From Minisyncoccia bacterium (GTDB lineage Bacteria; Patescibacteriota; Minisyncoccia; Phycocordibacterales; UBA918), in assembly GCA_041738755.1 (NCBI GenBank), contig JBGSPE010000005.1, forward strand, positions 79,872 to 143,871: a DNA stretch of 64,000 nt, read 5' to 3'. How positions within the stretch are numbered: position 1 is the stretch's first letter; every line of letters begins with the position of its first letter. Under the pieces are notes generated by a model. That model had not been told where the DNA came from, searched no databases, and saw only the letters and a program-made list of their open reading frames with translations. The translations under genes and the position numbers were made by a program. This document shows positions 9,298 through 21,000 of the stretch, piece after piece.

Positions 9298-10383
9298 ATG
9301 CTACGCACATCGTCGGTCAGTGACTCATTATCTTTTGTAACTATACTACTGTCGCTATTGTTTATTTTTTCTATCCTTGTACCTTCAGTAGCGTCAGCAC
9401 AATCAATTGGTGTCAGTATTACACCAGCTCAGATTGAAGAAACCCTTGATCCTGGTACGACGCGACAGTTTACGTTTACCTTGCAGAATCTTAATCCAAC
9501 TGAGCAAACCTTTTACTTCTTCACTCGAAATATTTCTGGCGTACGAGACGGTGGCACACCAATATTTGCTGAGAATAACCAAGAAGTGACAGGGTATGAA
9601 TTGGCTGATTGGATTACGCTCGAGGCTACTTCTGCAGTAGTTCCAGGTGGTGGTAGTCAAGAGGTAAATTTCACCATGGTAGTACCGACTGATGCTTCTC
9701 CTGGAAGTCACTTTGGTGGGGTGTTTATATCGGTTGATCCGCCAGAGATCCAAAATAGTGGTGCGGCGGTTGGGTATCAAGTGGCAAATATTATCAGTAT
9801 TCGAGTTTCTGGAGATGCTAATAACTCAGCAAACATCAGACAATTTTCAACTGAAAGATATTTTCATGGTTCACAAAATGTAGATTTCTCAGTCAGAATT
9901 GAAAATGCTGGTAATGTTTTGGTGCGACCATCAGGACCGCTTGAGATTTATAACATGCTGGGACAACAAGTTGATTCAATTACGTTCAATGAAAGTCAAA
10001 ACGCTGTATTTCCTGCTGATACTCGAGAATATAATTTCTCATGGACTGGAGAAGGGGTGGGTTTTGGTCGTTATGAGGCTGTCTTGAGTGCGGTGTATGG
10101 CGATGAGGGTGCGAAGAAGACTATGTCCAGCACTGTTTCGTTCTGGATTTTACCAATGAATATTATCCTTCCGGCTTTAGGGATTTTAGCTTTTATCCTC
10201 CTTATAACCTTCGTATTCGTTCGCTTATATATCAAACGAACACTGGCAGGACTTTCTTCAGGGGGAACGAGGTTGGTACGAAAGCGAAAGCGAAATAGCT
10301 CATCAGCGACCCTATTACTTATTGTTTCGCTACTGACTGTCTCCTCACTATTCCTTATCGTACTCTTGGTGTTGTTTGCCTAG
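9298..10383 (+). CDS. DUF916/DUF3324-like (WxL-interacting, PapD-like) two-Ig-domain protein with C-terminal TM helices
   Basis: Signal peptide; SITPA..E..L.PG; W.....V.PG....V.F...VP.DA.PG.H.G; ENAGNV..RPSG; GRYEA; FWILP then TM. Confidence 0.7.
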   Translation: MLRTSSVSDSLSFVTILLSLLFIFSILVPSVASAQSIGVSITPAQIEETLDPGTTRQFTFTLQNLNPTEQTFYFFTRNISGVRDGGTPIFAENNQEVTGYELADWITLEATSAVVPGGGSQEVNFTMVVPTDASPGSHFGGVFISVDPPEIQNSGAAVGYQVANIISIRVSGDANNSANIRQFSTERYFHGSQNVDFSVRIENAGNVLVRPSGPLEIYNMLGQQVDSITFNESQNAVFPADTREYNFSWTGEGVGFGRYEAVLSAVYGDEGAKKTMSSTVSFWILPMNIILPALGILAFILLITFVFVRLYIKRTLAGLSSGGTRLVRKRKRNSSSATLLLIVSLLTVSSLFLIVLLVLFA

Positions 10384-10407
10384 CTTGTCAGGTTATACTA
10401 TATATGT

Positions 10408-10806
10408 ATGACAAGTACATCTGTATATCATCGAATTCTTAGAATTTCCGCAGTCGTGGTAGCGTTTGTATTGGTTTTTGAAAGCGGCCTGATTTCAGAG
10501 ACTACGGCACAATTATCACAAACTACTGAACTCTATCTTGCTAATGCAGTTGGAATGAGCGCCTCGGTAGAACCAACCGAGCTAAATCAGATGACAGCTC
10601 AACTGACCGCTCAGAAGACTCTTCTTGACCAGCGTGAGGCAGCTTTACGGGAGCGAGAAATAAATATCGAGTTTGGTAGTGGAGGAACAGACTACTCGAC
10701 GTATGTGCTGGCAAGTGTCTTATTTATCTTACTCGTACTGATACTACTCAACTACACACTGGATTATTTCCGGTACCGTGACCAAATGACGCTTCAGACT
10801 AACTAG
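10408..10806 (+). CDS. Hypothetical membrane protein (TM, coiled coil, TM)
   Basis: Two hydrophobic segments flanking heptad-like ELNQMTAQLTAQKTLLDQREAALRERE. Confidence 0.7.
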   Translation: MTSTSVYHRILRISAVVVAFVLVFESGLISETTAQLSQTTELYLANAVGMSASVEPTELNQMTAQLTAQKTLLDQREAALREREINIEFGSGGTDYSTYVLASVLFILLVLILLNYTLDYFRYRDQMTLQTN

Positions 10807-10863
10807 GGCGAACCTGTGAAGTGTTCCGAAAAAGCCTCGTTAGGCAAGGTACAATAATAGGTA

Positions 10864-12774
10864 ATGAGTGTTTCTAAGCATGCAATTATCGTAGTGCTGC
10901 TAACTGTGGTTGGATTAACGGCGGTGCTACTTTCTTTTCTGCCGCAGTTTGTTAGTGCGCTTAATGTCCAGCGTTATAGTGACCTTATTAGTGACTCTGC
11001 ACCGACAGCTTCATCTAATCACACACTTCGGTTTGTGGTTGACACCGACGTAAATCCTGGAGGTGTGATAGAAATTACTCCACCTGAAGGGTTTGAAACG
11101 GTAGCTGATATTGGCTTTGATGTCAGGAATGTAGAGCTAACGGTTGATGGTACGACAAGAGTTGCGGGAGCAAGTGCGGGACCGGGAGTAGATCAGGTAG
11201 AGATTACACCGGGAACTCCGGGACAAATTCGCTACACCCTGGCACCTGACTCTGGTATTGGTAGCGGCGCAGAGATAGAGTTAAAAATTGGTAATCATAC
11301 CAGCAATGCAATCGGTCCCTCGTTAGAATTTAGTAGTACGACTGGTACCACTACCATCCCGGGAGATGTTGAGCCAATTATCAATAGTGCTGACACTGGT
11401 ACACATGAAGTAAAAATGGAGATTTACGATGGCGGACTCGGCTTGGTTGCCAGTGCGGGATTTCTGATTGCTGTCGTTGACCGAGTAGAAATTGCTGGTG
11501 TTGATACAACTGAAGAAGTGCCGCCATTTCGGTTTAATGGAGCGCCGACCTCTACGATTGGAGGAACTACACTCAGCGTTGAATTATCACTTGAAACTGA
11601 TGAGTTTGCGGTCTGTAGATTTTCAACAACCCCAGGTGTCAGTTACTTTGCAATGCCCAATCAGTTTGCTAATACAGGGATAATCTTCCATACCGTAGTG
11701 GTGGCTGTAACTCCGGCTACCTTCTATACCTTCTACGTTCGATGTATTGATGATGAAGGAAACTTCAATGTTGACGATTTCGAGATTGCGTTTGCTGTTA
11801 ATGAGACGCCAACCGGTGAGTCAAATGAAGAAGGTAACGTAGATGGTGACGGAACGGGGACTGGTAATCAAGGTAGTGGATCAGGTGGTGGCGGTGGTGG
11901 AACTTCCGGTTCGTCTGATGGTGAAGCACCAACGACGGGTGGAACTTCAGGTGGCGGTGGTTCAGGAGGTGGTGGCGGTGGTGGATCTGGAGGTACACGA
12001 GGAAACAGTGGCGGTGGAGGATTTGAATCAACTGACGCTCCGTTTCAAAGCGGAGATGGGCGAGTCGTTATCACCGGTTTGGCGTTCCCAAATAGTAACG
12101 TCACGTTTCTGGTCGATGGGAAAATTGCACAGTCTGTTCGGGCGGGAGGCAGTGGTGCCTATTCAGTGACGCTCGATGAGATTGCTCGCGGCGCGTATAC
12201 CTTCGGCGTGTATGCTACCGGAGCTGATGATGTGAAATCTTCCACATTTAGTACATCATTTACTGTCACTGGCGCCCGTACTTCGGCACTTTCTAATATT
12301 AATATTCCACCTTCAATTAGAGCTACTCCCGATCCGGTTGATCCTGGACAAGTGCTAACGCTTTCAGGATATGCAATTGCAAACTCAACCCTCACTATTC
12401 AAAATAGTCGTCTTCGTACATCTACCTCAGCAAGTGTACAAGCGACGGCGGATGGAAGTGGACGCTGGTCAACTACACTACAAACAAATAATTTTACGAA
12501 TGGCACATATCAAGTTCGAGCTCGGGCAGCGCAAGAGGGCGGAGCAACAACAAATTTTTCTGAATATACATTTTATGGCGTAGGTGAAGCAGCTGATGTT
12601 CCTATCAATGCCGATCTTAATACTGACGGAAGAATCAACTTGACTGACTTTTCTATTTTGCTGTTCTGGTGGAATAGTAACGGTGGAGATTCAGACCCAC
12701 CAGCTGATATTAACCGTGATGGAAGAGTCACGTTGACTGACTTTTCCATCCTACTGTTTAACTGGACTGGGTAA
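10864..12774 (+). CDS. Secreted protein: N-domain homologous to 8096/46865, Ig-like domains, Gly/Ser linker, C-terminal type I-like dockerin
   Basis: YSDLISDSAPTASSNHTL matches the shaft N-domains; duplicated Ca-binding motif DLNTDGRINLTDFSIL / DINRDGRVTLTDFSIL. Confidence 0.8.
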   Translation: MSVSKHAIIVVLLTVVGLTAVLLSFLPQFVSALNVQRYSDLISDSAPTASSNHTLRFVVDTDVNPGGVIEITPPEGFETVADIGFDVRNVELTVDGTTRVAGASAGPGVDQVEITPGTPGQIRYTLAPDSGIGSGAEIELKIGNHTSNAIGPSLEFSSTTGTTTIPGDVEPIINSADTGTHEVKMEIYDGGLGLVASAGFLIAVVDRVEIAGVDTTEEVPPFRFNGAPTSTIGGTTLSVELSLETDEFAVCRFSTTPGVSYFAMPNQFANTGIIFHTVVVAVTPATFYTFYVRCIDDEGNFNVDDFEIAFAVNETPTGESNEEGNVDGDGTGTGNQGSGSGGGGGGTSGSSDGEAPTTGGTSGGGGSGGGGGGGSGGTRGNSGGGGFESTDAPFQSGDGRVVITGLAFPNSNVTFLVDGKIAQSVRAGGSGAYSVTLDEIARGAYTFGVYATGADDVKSSTFSTSFTVTGARTSALSNINIPPSIRATPDPVDPGQVLTLSGYAIANSTLTIQNSRLRTSTSASVQATADGSGRWSTTLQTNNFTNGTYQVRARAAQEGGATTNFSEYTFYGVGEAADVPINADLNTDGRINLTDFSILLFWWNSNGGDSDPPADINRDGRVTLTDFSILLFNWTG

Positions 12775-12844
12775 ATTTATTGACAATGTATTCATGTGGG
12801 TAACCTCATACATATACATTACAAACACCGTATACTATTAGAGT

Positions 12845-13345
12845 ATGTCCTTTTTACAAAGACTAAAAAGTCGCGGAGTCAGAAGTGGGGAAGCCTCACT
12901 ACAGTCTGATGCAGAAGAAACTGCAGCAGACAAAGTTGCTCAGCTGCACGTTGATGTGTACCAAACAGATCAACTTATTGTTGTATATGCCCAGTCAGCT
13001 GGAGCAGACATGAACGATGTGCACGTTTCGATTGAAGGTGACGCAGACATTGTACTGATTGAGGGTAAGCGAATTCGACCCGAGTACATTGTTTTCCCTA
13101 AAAAAATCATCAAGGGTTCATTTGTTGCAAGCGAGTGCGTGTGGGGCGATTTTTATCGCCGGATTATTTTGCCTGAGAGTGTAAATATTGATAAAGCAGA
13201 AGCAAAAATAAAAAATGGAGTTTTAATACTTATCCTACCTTTATTGAAGTCAAGTGAAAAAGAAAAAGTAAAATTAAAAGTGATGGGAACACGACCGCAA
13301 GCACGATCTCAAGCGCAGGCACGACCCCAACCACGACGTTCTTAA
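12845..13345 (+). CDS. Hsp20/alpha-crystallin small heat-shock protein
   Basis: VDVYQT...IEGKR...ECVWGDFYRRIILPESV...AEAKIKNGVLILILP. Confidence 0.9.
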   Translation: MSFLQRLKSRGVRSGEASLQSDAEETAADKVAQLHVDVYQTDQLIVVYAQSAGADMNDVHVSIEGDADIVLIEGKRIRPEYIVFPKKIIKGSFVASECVWGDFYRRIILPESVNIDKAEAKIKNGVLILILPLLKSSEKEKVKLKVMGTRPQARSQAQARPQPRRS

Positions 13346-13356
13346 GTTCTTCATTT

Positions 13357-14898
13357 ATGTCAAAATTTTTCCATACTACAAACTTAAGCCTCTCCTTAAA
13401 GTTTTTTGCGATTGTCTTGGTATGGTTCTGTGTGTCGGTCTCATTTACATATGCAGCAGATCTTTCACTTTCACCAAGTAGTGGTTCGTATTCAGCTGGA
13501 CAGACATTTACCACAACTGTCCGAGTTTCACCCAATGGAGCTAATGTTAATGCAGTTGAAGCATCACTCCGGTTTAATCCAGCGGTGTTGTCAGTCGTGA
13601 GTGTGAGTAAAGGTCCGGCATTTTCATTGTGGACGACTGAGCCAACATTTTCAAACAGTGCCGGGACAATCCAATTTGGCGGTGGTAGCCCAGCTCCATT
13701 TTCAGCCGCTTCAAATCTTTTAACTATTACATTTAGAACGGTAGCTCCTGGTTCGGGCACCGTGTCATTCACCGGCTCATCGGTATTAGCCGCCGATGGT
13801 CGAGGGACTGATGTGTTTGAAAATGCAGCACCAGCTACTTTTGCAGTAGCGGCTGGAGCGGCACCAACACCTACCCCAACTCCTACTCCTACTCCTACAC
13901 CAACACCTCCTGCCGAAACGGGTAATAGTGGAGATGAGGCAATTATTTTCGGAGACCCACCACGACCACCAGAAATTGGTTCACCAATCTTCCTTGACCC
14001 AAACACCTGGTACAGCGACACAGAGGGAGTGTTTACGTGGACGCTACCATTTGATGTAAGTGCTCTGGCTGTGGAGATTACTGACAATGCTGAAAATCGT
14101 CCTGAGTTGAATCGAGCTGCAATTGTTGACCCACCGACTGAAGAATTTTTCATTACAAAAGATTTGATAAAAGATGGTGTTCAGTATATTAGTATCAATT
14201 ATCAGAATCAGGTTGGATGGGGCGCGCCAACGAATCGGAAGCTTCAGGTTGACACAACCGCTCCTGAACCATTTGCTATCAATGTACGAGCTGGTACATC
14301 TCCGAGCTCATTCCCACTCCTTAACTTTGAGGCGCTCGATGTTACTTCAGGAATTAACTTCTATGAAATGACGGTAGCGGACCGAGAACCAATTCGAATC
14401 ACTCCAGATGAAGCAAAGCTTGGGTACTTACTGACAGATCTTGAAGACGGTACCTATACAGTAAAGGTGGTAGCAACTGACATGGCTGGTAATATTCGCG
14501 AAAGTAGTGTCGCGGTACTTATTACAGCCGGTTGGATAAAACCGCTCGAGACACTTGAGGAAGGATCGATCTTTGATTTCCTCACTGCCAAAAATCTTCT
14601 CATCTTCTTCCTCTTCGTTGTGATTGCCTTGCAGATGGTATACATGTGGTACACGAGAAAGCATACAAGGGAGCGAGAAGAAAAATTACGTCGAGAAACG
14701 CGTGAAATTCAAGATCAGATGGAGAAAATATTCTCAGCGCTCCGTGATGAAATTTATGACCAAATTATCTCTATCACCAAACGTAAACGACTTTCACCAA
14801 AAGAAAAAGAAGCCATCGAAGGTCTAACACAAGCACTCGAAGTGTCTGAGACCTTGATAGAAAAGGAAATCAATGATGTGAAAACGATTTTGAAGTAA
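13357..14898 (+). CDS. Membrane-anchored cohesin-domain protein (cohesin, PT linker, Ig-like domains, TM, cytoplasmic helical tail)
   Basis: LSLSPSSG...GQTF...VNAVEASLRFNP..LSVVSV...GTI.F.GG...LLTITF...VLAADGRG; (PT)n linker; TM; ends IEKEINDVK. Confidence 0.8.
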   Translation: MSKFFHTTNLSLSLKFFAIVLVWFCVSVSFTYAADLSLSPSSGSYSAGQTFTTTVRVSPNGANVNAVEASLRFNPAVLSVVSVSKGPAFSLWTTEPTFSNSAGTIQFGGGSPAPFSAASNLLTITFRTVAPGSGTVSFTGSSVLAADGRGTDVFENAAPATFAVAAGAAPTPTPTPTPTPTPTPPAETGNSGDEAIIFGDPPRPPEIGSPIFLDPNTWYSDTEGVFTWTLPFDVSALAVEITDNAENRPELNRAAIVDPPTEEFFITKDLIKDGVQYISINYQNQVGWGAPTNRKLQVDTTAPEPFAINVRAGTSPSSFPLLNFEALDVTSGINFYEMTVADREPIRITPDEAKLGYLLTDLEDGTYTVKVVATDMAGNIRESSVAVLITAGWIKPLETLEEGSIFDFLTAKNLLIFFLFVVIALQMVYMWYTRKHTREREEKLRRETREIQDQMEKIFSALRDEIYDQIISITKRKRLSPKEKEAIEGLTQALEVSETLIEKEINDVKTILK

Positions 14899-14928
14899 AA
14901 CCACTAATTAATCCCCATAAAACAAGCG

Positions 14929-14970
14929 TATCGCGTAAGTCTTCAGTGACTTACGCGATATACTTATAAT
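14929..14970 (+). promoter_or_regulatory. 13-bp inverted repeat just upstream of a TATAAT -10 for the giant gene (terminator or operator)
   Basis: tatcgcgtaagtc-ttcagt-gacttacgcgata 14929-14960, with no poly-T tail; TATAAT 14965-14970. Confidence 0.5.
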
Positions 14971-15004
14971 TGCCACTACTTATAGCTGGCTTAGAGGTTT
15001 TTCT

Positions 15005-18000
15005 GTGGAGCGACTCAAAAAGGTAATACAATCACTTGGAACTAAGGGGGTAATCGGACTAGTTCTGTTCGGGTGTTTTGTTGTATATGCTGCAACCGTA
15101 GACCGTACCGTCTACGTGAGTGAGAGAATGCTGTTGCTGCCAGGTTCCGCTACCTCTGCAGGTTTTGAAAATCCAGAACGGTCGCTCATACAAGACTTAG
15201 GCGACTATACACTTTTCCAAGATTTTAATGCTAACAATTCAGCTGCTCTTAGCGAAGAAATAATTTTTCCTCCAGCCCCAGAACCTTCAAATCAAAATAC
15301 TGATCCAGGACCAACAACAGGCGGAACACAAGGAGACGGTCAAGGAGAACCAGCGGGTCAAACTGAGGAGGGAGGATCAGTTACCCCAGAAGTATTACCT
15401 GAATCTGATGTTGAGGAGCAGCCAGAACCACAACCTGATTCAGAACCAACTGCTGAATCAAGCCCAGCTCCTATAAATGAGACGGAGGTAAGTGAGCCAG
15501 TAAGCTCATTATTCAATAACCCAATTCGTAATCAAGTCACGGGACAGTTTCCTTATGCACAAGAAGCGACACAAGAACCTGTTGTAGAAGAACCGGTATC
15601 AGAAGCCGTAGAGGATTTAGATGAAACTGCGTTGGGTAGCGAACGTGTTGAAACTGATACTGCCGTAAGTGAAGAATCTGTTTCAGAAATAGATGAAGAA
15701 ATTGTAAATCCTGAGCTTGAGTCAGTAACCGAGACACCAGAATCAATTAGCCCAAGCGATATTCTTCCAGAACCGGAAGTGACAACTGCCCCAGACGTAG
15801 TGGTATCTGAAGAACTACTAGAAGAAGCGTTAGTGGAGTCAGTTAGTCCACAGATTGAGTGTAGTTCACAAGTAAATTGTACTACGCACAGCATTACGTA
15901 CACAGACTTTAATATTCCAGAATTTGAACGAGGCACAGTCTTAAATGGAGTACAACTGCGCTTGTCTTTGGCAGCGCAAACAAAATCTCCAGAACAGGAC
16001 CAAATTCAGCGATTTGTTATCGAGTATTCATTTGATGGTGAGGTTACATGGAGCACCGCCTCAGTTATTGATATTGATGAAGAAATCTCCAACAGTATAA
16101 ATGGCGGCTTCTTTCTCGCCAATCTTCCCAATCCTCCAGTGGCAAATTCGCTTGCAGGCCTTGCCGTTCGTGTTTCATACCAAGGAGATATTACTGAGTT
16201 AAACGAGGCTTTTGTAGAAGCGGTATGGCTTGAACTTAACTCAGGACGATTTTATGAAGAAGGAGATCCATTTTTCAATACGGATACCATTGATTATGAG
16301 CGGAATTTAGAGTCACCAAAATTCCATTCATTACACACAGAAGGATTGGACATGTCATTGAATGAGCTTCCATCGTTTACGATGGATTATGATCCGCAAC
16401 AAAATTTTCTGCGACGTATATTTACTGGACTCTTTAGTGATAATACCTATGAGGTAGGGAGCATTGAATTAGTGGATAGTGCGGGTGTCCGAGTTGAGGT
16501 TCCTTTTGAAGTGGTGTACCACGACGACACAACCTGGACAGTTGAGATGATGAGGCAGCCACAAAAAATGCAGCCTGGTAAATATGAACTCCGTCTCACG
16601 ATAAATGAAAATGATGCTGAGTTTGTCGATGTGTTCGAATTCTACTGGGGTGTTTTGGCCGTAAATACAACCAAAAGCATGTACGCTCCAAACGAAGCCG
16701 TGGCATTGAATTTGGCCGCCTTGACGGATAAGGGTGACACTATTTGTGATGCCGAACTTGCTTTGAAAATTATTGATCCAGCAAATGAAATTTATGAAGT
16801 ACCGGTTCAACAATCGGGTTCATGTGGTCCAAATAATGTTACTGATATTTCTGACTATATAGCTGATTTTAGAAATACCGGTGAAGTTGGTGTATATCAG
16901 ATTTTGCTTGAGCATAAGAACCAGGCTGGTGAAGTAGTCCATAAGATAGCTGATTCTTTTGAAGTGCGTGACTATATTCCTTTTGATATTACGCGAACTG
17001 CTCCAACTCGAATTTACCCACCTGCGCCATATACAGTCACGCTTGCTATTAAAGCCAATCGAGCATTTACCGGAGACATTGTCGAGCGAGTTCCACGGGG
17101 GTTTGTCTTTGCGGACACCAGTGGTGCTGAGGTAACTACACTTGAAGAGGCAACTCTCTTGACTTGGAAAGATGTAGTGCTTGAAGAAGGTGATGAACTC
17201 ACGCTCTCGTATGTCTTTGATGCTCCAGATATTAGTCCGTATATGTACTTGCTTGGCCCACTTGATATGGATGGCTTTACAGAGTTACGTCAGTGGCAGA
17301 TTGCGTCTGATGCCATTTCGGCAGTGGCAGTTCTTTCAGCAACTCAGACTGAGTTAGGTACAAACCTTAACGATGCAACAGCAGGAGCGCTAATCTGGAG
17401 TACAAGTACCTTAGATGCATTTTATTTTTCACACTCTACCGGCACAACGCCGGAGCGATTATTTGTCGAAGTAGATGGAGATTATCTGGTGTCAGTAGCA
17501 CTACCTCTTGAACGAACTGATACTACTGATACTAGAACCCGTGTTGGATTTGAGGTGAGAGTTAACGGCGCTGTTATTCCACAAGCCATAAGTCGAAGTG
17601 GGTACATGAAGAATCAAATCAGTAACGGCAATCGACAAGGTGAATCATCATCAAACGGTAGTTTCTTACTGACAGGGTTATCAGAAGGAGATTATATCGA
17701 GGTCTATGCGCAGGGTCTTACGACAAGTTTTAATAATGTCATTGTTTCAGGTCAAGCAAGTTTATATGTTGAACACATTACACCAGCTACTGGAGTATTT
17801 GCAGCTACTGCTACCTCGACAACAAATTCTGCAAACCTAAACCAAGCGACTGCATTTCCGCTTCGTTGGACTGAAACACGACAAGATACGGGTTTTGTAC
17901 ACTCAGATACCATTAACCCAGAAAACATCATAATCTCTGAACCCGGTACATACCTGGTATATGCAAACGTACCGCTCTTCTCGACAGTAACGCAACACCG

Positions 18001-21000
18001 AAACGTTTTGGGTAGAGTCACCCTGGGAGGAGTACAGGTACCAAACGGTATATTTTCGCAAGGGTATCACAACGTAAGCAATAGTAATGACTTCAATGCC
18101 TCAATTCACTTCTCTGGTATTGTGGTAGCAACCACTACTGATCAGGTACTCACGATTACAACTGAACAAGAATCAAGTGCTGGAACTACCGTAATACCAA
18201 CTGGTTTTGAAGGTTCAATATACATCCAAAAGCTTCCAACTGATGACGTTATTGCTCTGCGGGGACAAGATCCAATAGGTGGTACCAACTGGAATGTTTC
18301 ACCGGCTCAAGCAATTGGCTGGAACACCCAAGATCAATATGATAGTACTACGTTCACGCACTCAACTGGGGTAAATAATGATCAAATTATTATTAATGAG
18401 GCAGGTGATTATGTTTTGGTATATAACGATGCGTTATTTACGACAACAGGTAACGCTGCAAACGTTATTACCGTTACTAAAAACGGTGTTGCGGTGGCCG
18501 GTGCCCAGACAAAAACACACCATATTTCAGCCGGTACTGGTCACAATGATTCATCCGGCTCACTTACGTTTACGCTTGAAGGTCTAGTACCAACAGATGT
18601 AATTCGAGTGACAACTATCCAAGAAGGAGCAAACGCAACGATAAACGATCGTGCCGATGCCAGCTTACTTATCTGGAAGAAACGAGAGCTTAACTTTAGA
18701 CCGGGTGAACCAACAATGTTCGATACACCGTTTGATAATATTCGGTTTGCCTCAACTACACCGTACTTTGATTTTGCAGCAACTGACCCTGACGGTACAT
18801 CGAATGTAGTATACGAATTTACTATTAGTACTACTTCAGACTTTAGTACATCGGTTACTCGAATATCCGATACAGATGCTGGATTCGTTAATACCGCATC
18901 TTCTACCGACGCGAGTCCGTTTACTGAAGGAGAGCGGATTAGATTCCAGCTACAACCTGGTGACGCCTTGCAAAATAATACTACTTACTATTGGCGAGTC
19001 CGAGCCAAAGACGTGACTGGTTCGGCCGAGTTTGGTGATTGGTCAACTACCCAAAGTTTAACGGTTGATGTAACGGTGGAAGTACCAAACTGGCATCAAA
19101 CTACTGACGCTCAACTTTTAAGTAATCAACTTACCGGTGTTGCGTCAGCGGAAGGTGATGGTGCTGTGGTTGATATTGTTGAAAATACAGAAGCAATACT
19201 TGTGTATGGTGAAAAGACTGACACGTTGTTAAAGTACCGATTCTGGGACGGTCTGGCTTGGACCGCTGAAACAAACGGTCCTGATCTTGGCGGTCAGATT
19301 TTTTGGGCGGAAACTTCAGCTGGTAACATTCGTGACGAGTATGTGGGAATTTTCTTGACGGCAGACGGTGATACAAACGCTCTTGTGTATAGTGCTTCAA
19401 GTTCAACCTGGGGAAGTCAAACTGAGTTTGAAACAGCTGTAAACACTCCAGCCCGTCGAGGAATCGCAGTAGCTCATGAAAGTGTTTCGGGACGAGCGAT
19501 TGCTGTGTCATGTAGTACGGGAACTAATCCAAACTACACAATCTGGGACGGTTCAAGCTGGTCAACTCCAGCTAGTATCTCCGTCGGGACGGCTAGTAAC
19601 TGCAACTGGTTAAAGTTAGTAGCGGACCCAGAGTCAGATGAAATGATTCTCGTCGTAAAAGGAGCCGCTAATAATTACGAAGCCGTAGTGTGGGACGGTA
19701 CTGCCTGGGGAAATAATAAAACTCTTGGCCGGGCGGTAGGAACCAACCTCAATACTGATGGAATGAGCGCGGTGTATGAAGCCTCGGGGGATCAGGCTTT
19801 GGTTGTTTCGTCTGACGCCAGTGATGCTGAATTTGTGTATAGTGCTTGGAATGGAGTCGAGTGGCTCATTAATGTTAATGTGCCAGTCACTGGTGATTTT
19901 GAGAATGGTCGGTTGGTCAGGGATGTTGGTACTGACAGAATTGGTTTGTGTATGGTTGATGATCAGTCAGATATAAATGCATTTATTTGGGATGGTACGG
20001 CCTGGGGGACTGAAACACAACTCGAACCCCTAACCGAGTCAGTACAAAGTCGGCCATTTGATTGTTTGTTTGAAACGGTACCAGGACGAGATGGTAATTT
20101 CATCGTAGCTTACTCTGATAGTGCGACTGACGAATATCAGTTTTTTGACACGACATGGTCTGGTCCGCTTGATATGTCCAATATGGAGGAGTTTTGGTAT
20201 CTCGAAACAGTTCGAACGGGTGACGGAACTTTATTGGCAGTAGGTATGGAAAATGTTGGAATCGACCCACTTCGAGCGAGTGAGTTTAATGGAACAAGTT
20301 GGTCACCAAGCACTCTCATTGAAGCTGATCCGGCTGAGACAAATGCTGATCCGCGAAGTGAATCATTTTCACTATCGGCAAAACGCTTTAGCTTCGCACA
20401 AGGAGAGTTGTTGACACAACCAATTGATTTTTCTTTTGTGCCGGGCCAACCATCGTGGGGAGATATGTTTTTTAACACAACTGAGCCAATCGGCACCAGT
20501 GTGTCAGTGCGAGTCAAATATTCCAATGTAGGGGTGTGTGATGCGTATATACCAAATGGCACACTTCCTGGGAATGACGTTGGCTTTACGGTAGAGGACG
20601 GTCCAATTGATCTTTCAGGGCTCAGCACTACAACCTATAATCAAATTTGTCTTGAAGCAACAATTAATCGTAGTGGTGATGTCTCAGCCGTCCTCAATGA
20701 TTGGACACTTACCTGGGTACGTGAACCAAAACTTATTCAAAATCAGTACCGGTGGTACGTCAATGGAAGTTTTTTAAGTCCGGTAGATCCTTGGCCATTT
20801 GGAGTGAATGATTTGGCAGAAAATACACCACTTGGAGCTGCTGAGGCAATTAATATCGAACAATCGATTCGCCTACGAATGTCCCTACAAGGACTTAATA
20901 TTGATTTACCAGCAGCAACTGAAACATTTAAACTTCAGTATGCAGAAGGCCTAACATGTTCGCCAACACTTAACTGGCAAGATGTGGGTGGTATCGGTAG

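Noticed and set aside
11840-12020. Gly/Ser low-complexity tracts (also 13864-13910 PT repeat and 45590-45645) as contingency repeats
   Set aside because: Synonymous codons vary, so these are protein-level linkers rather than slippage-prone DNA repeats
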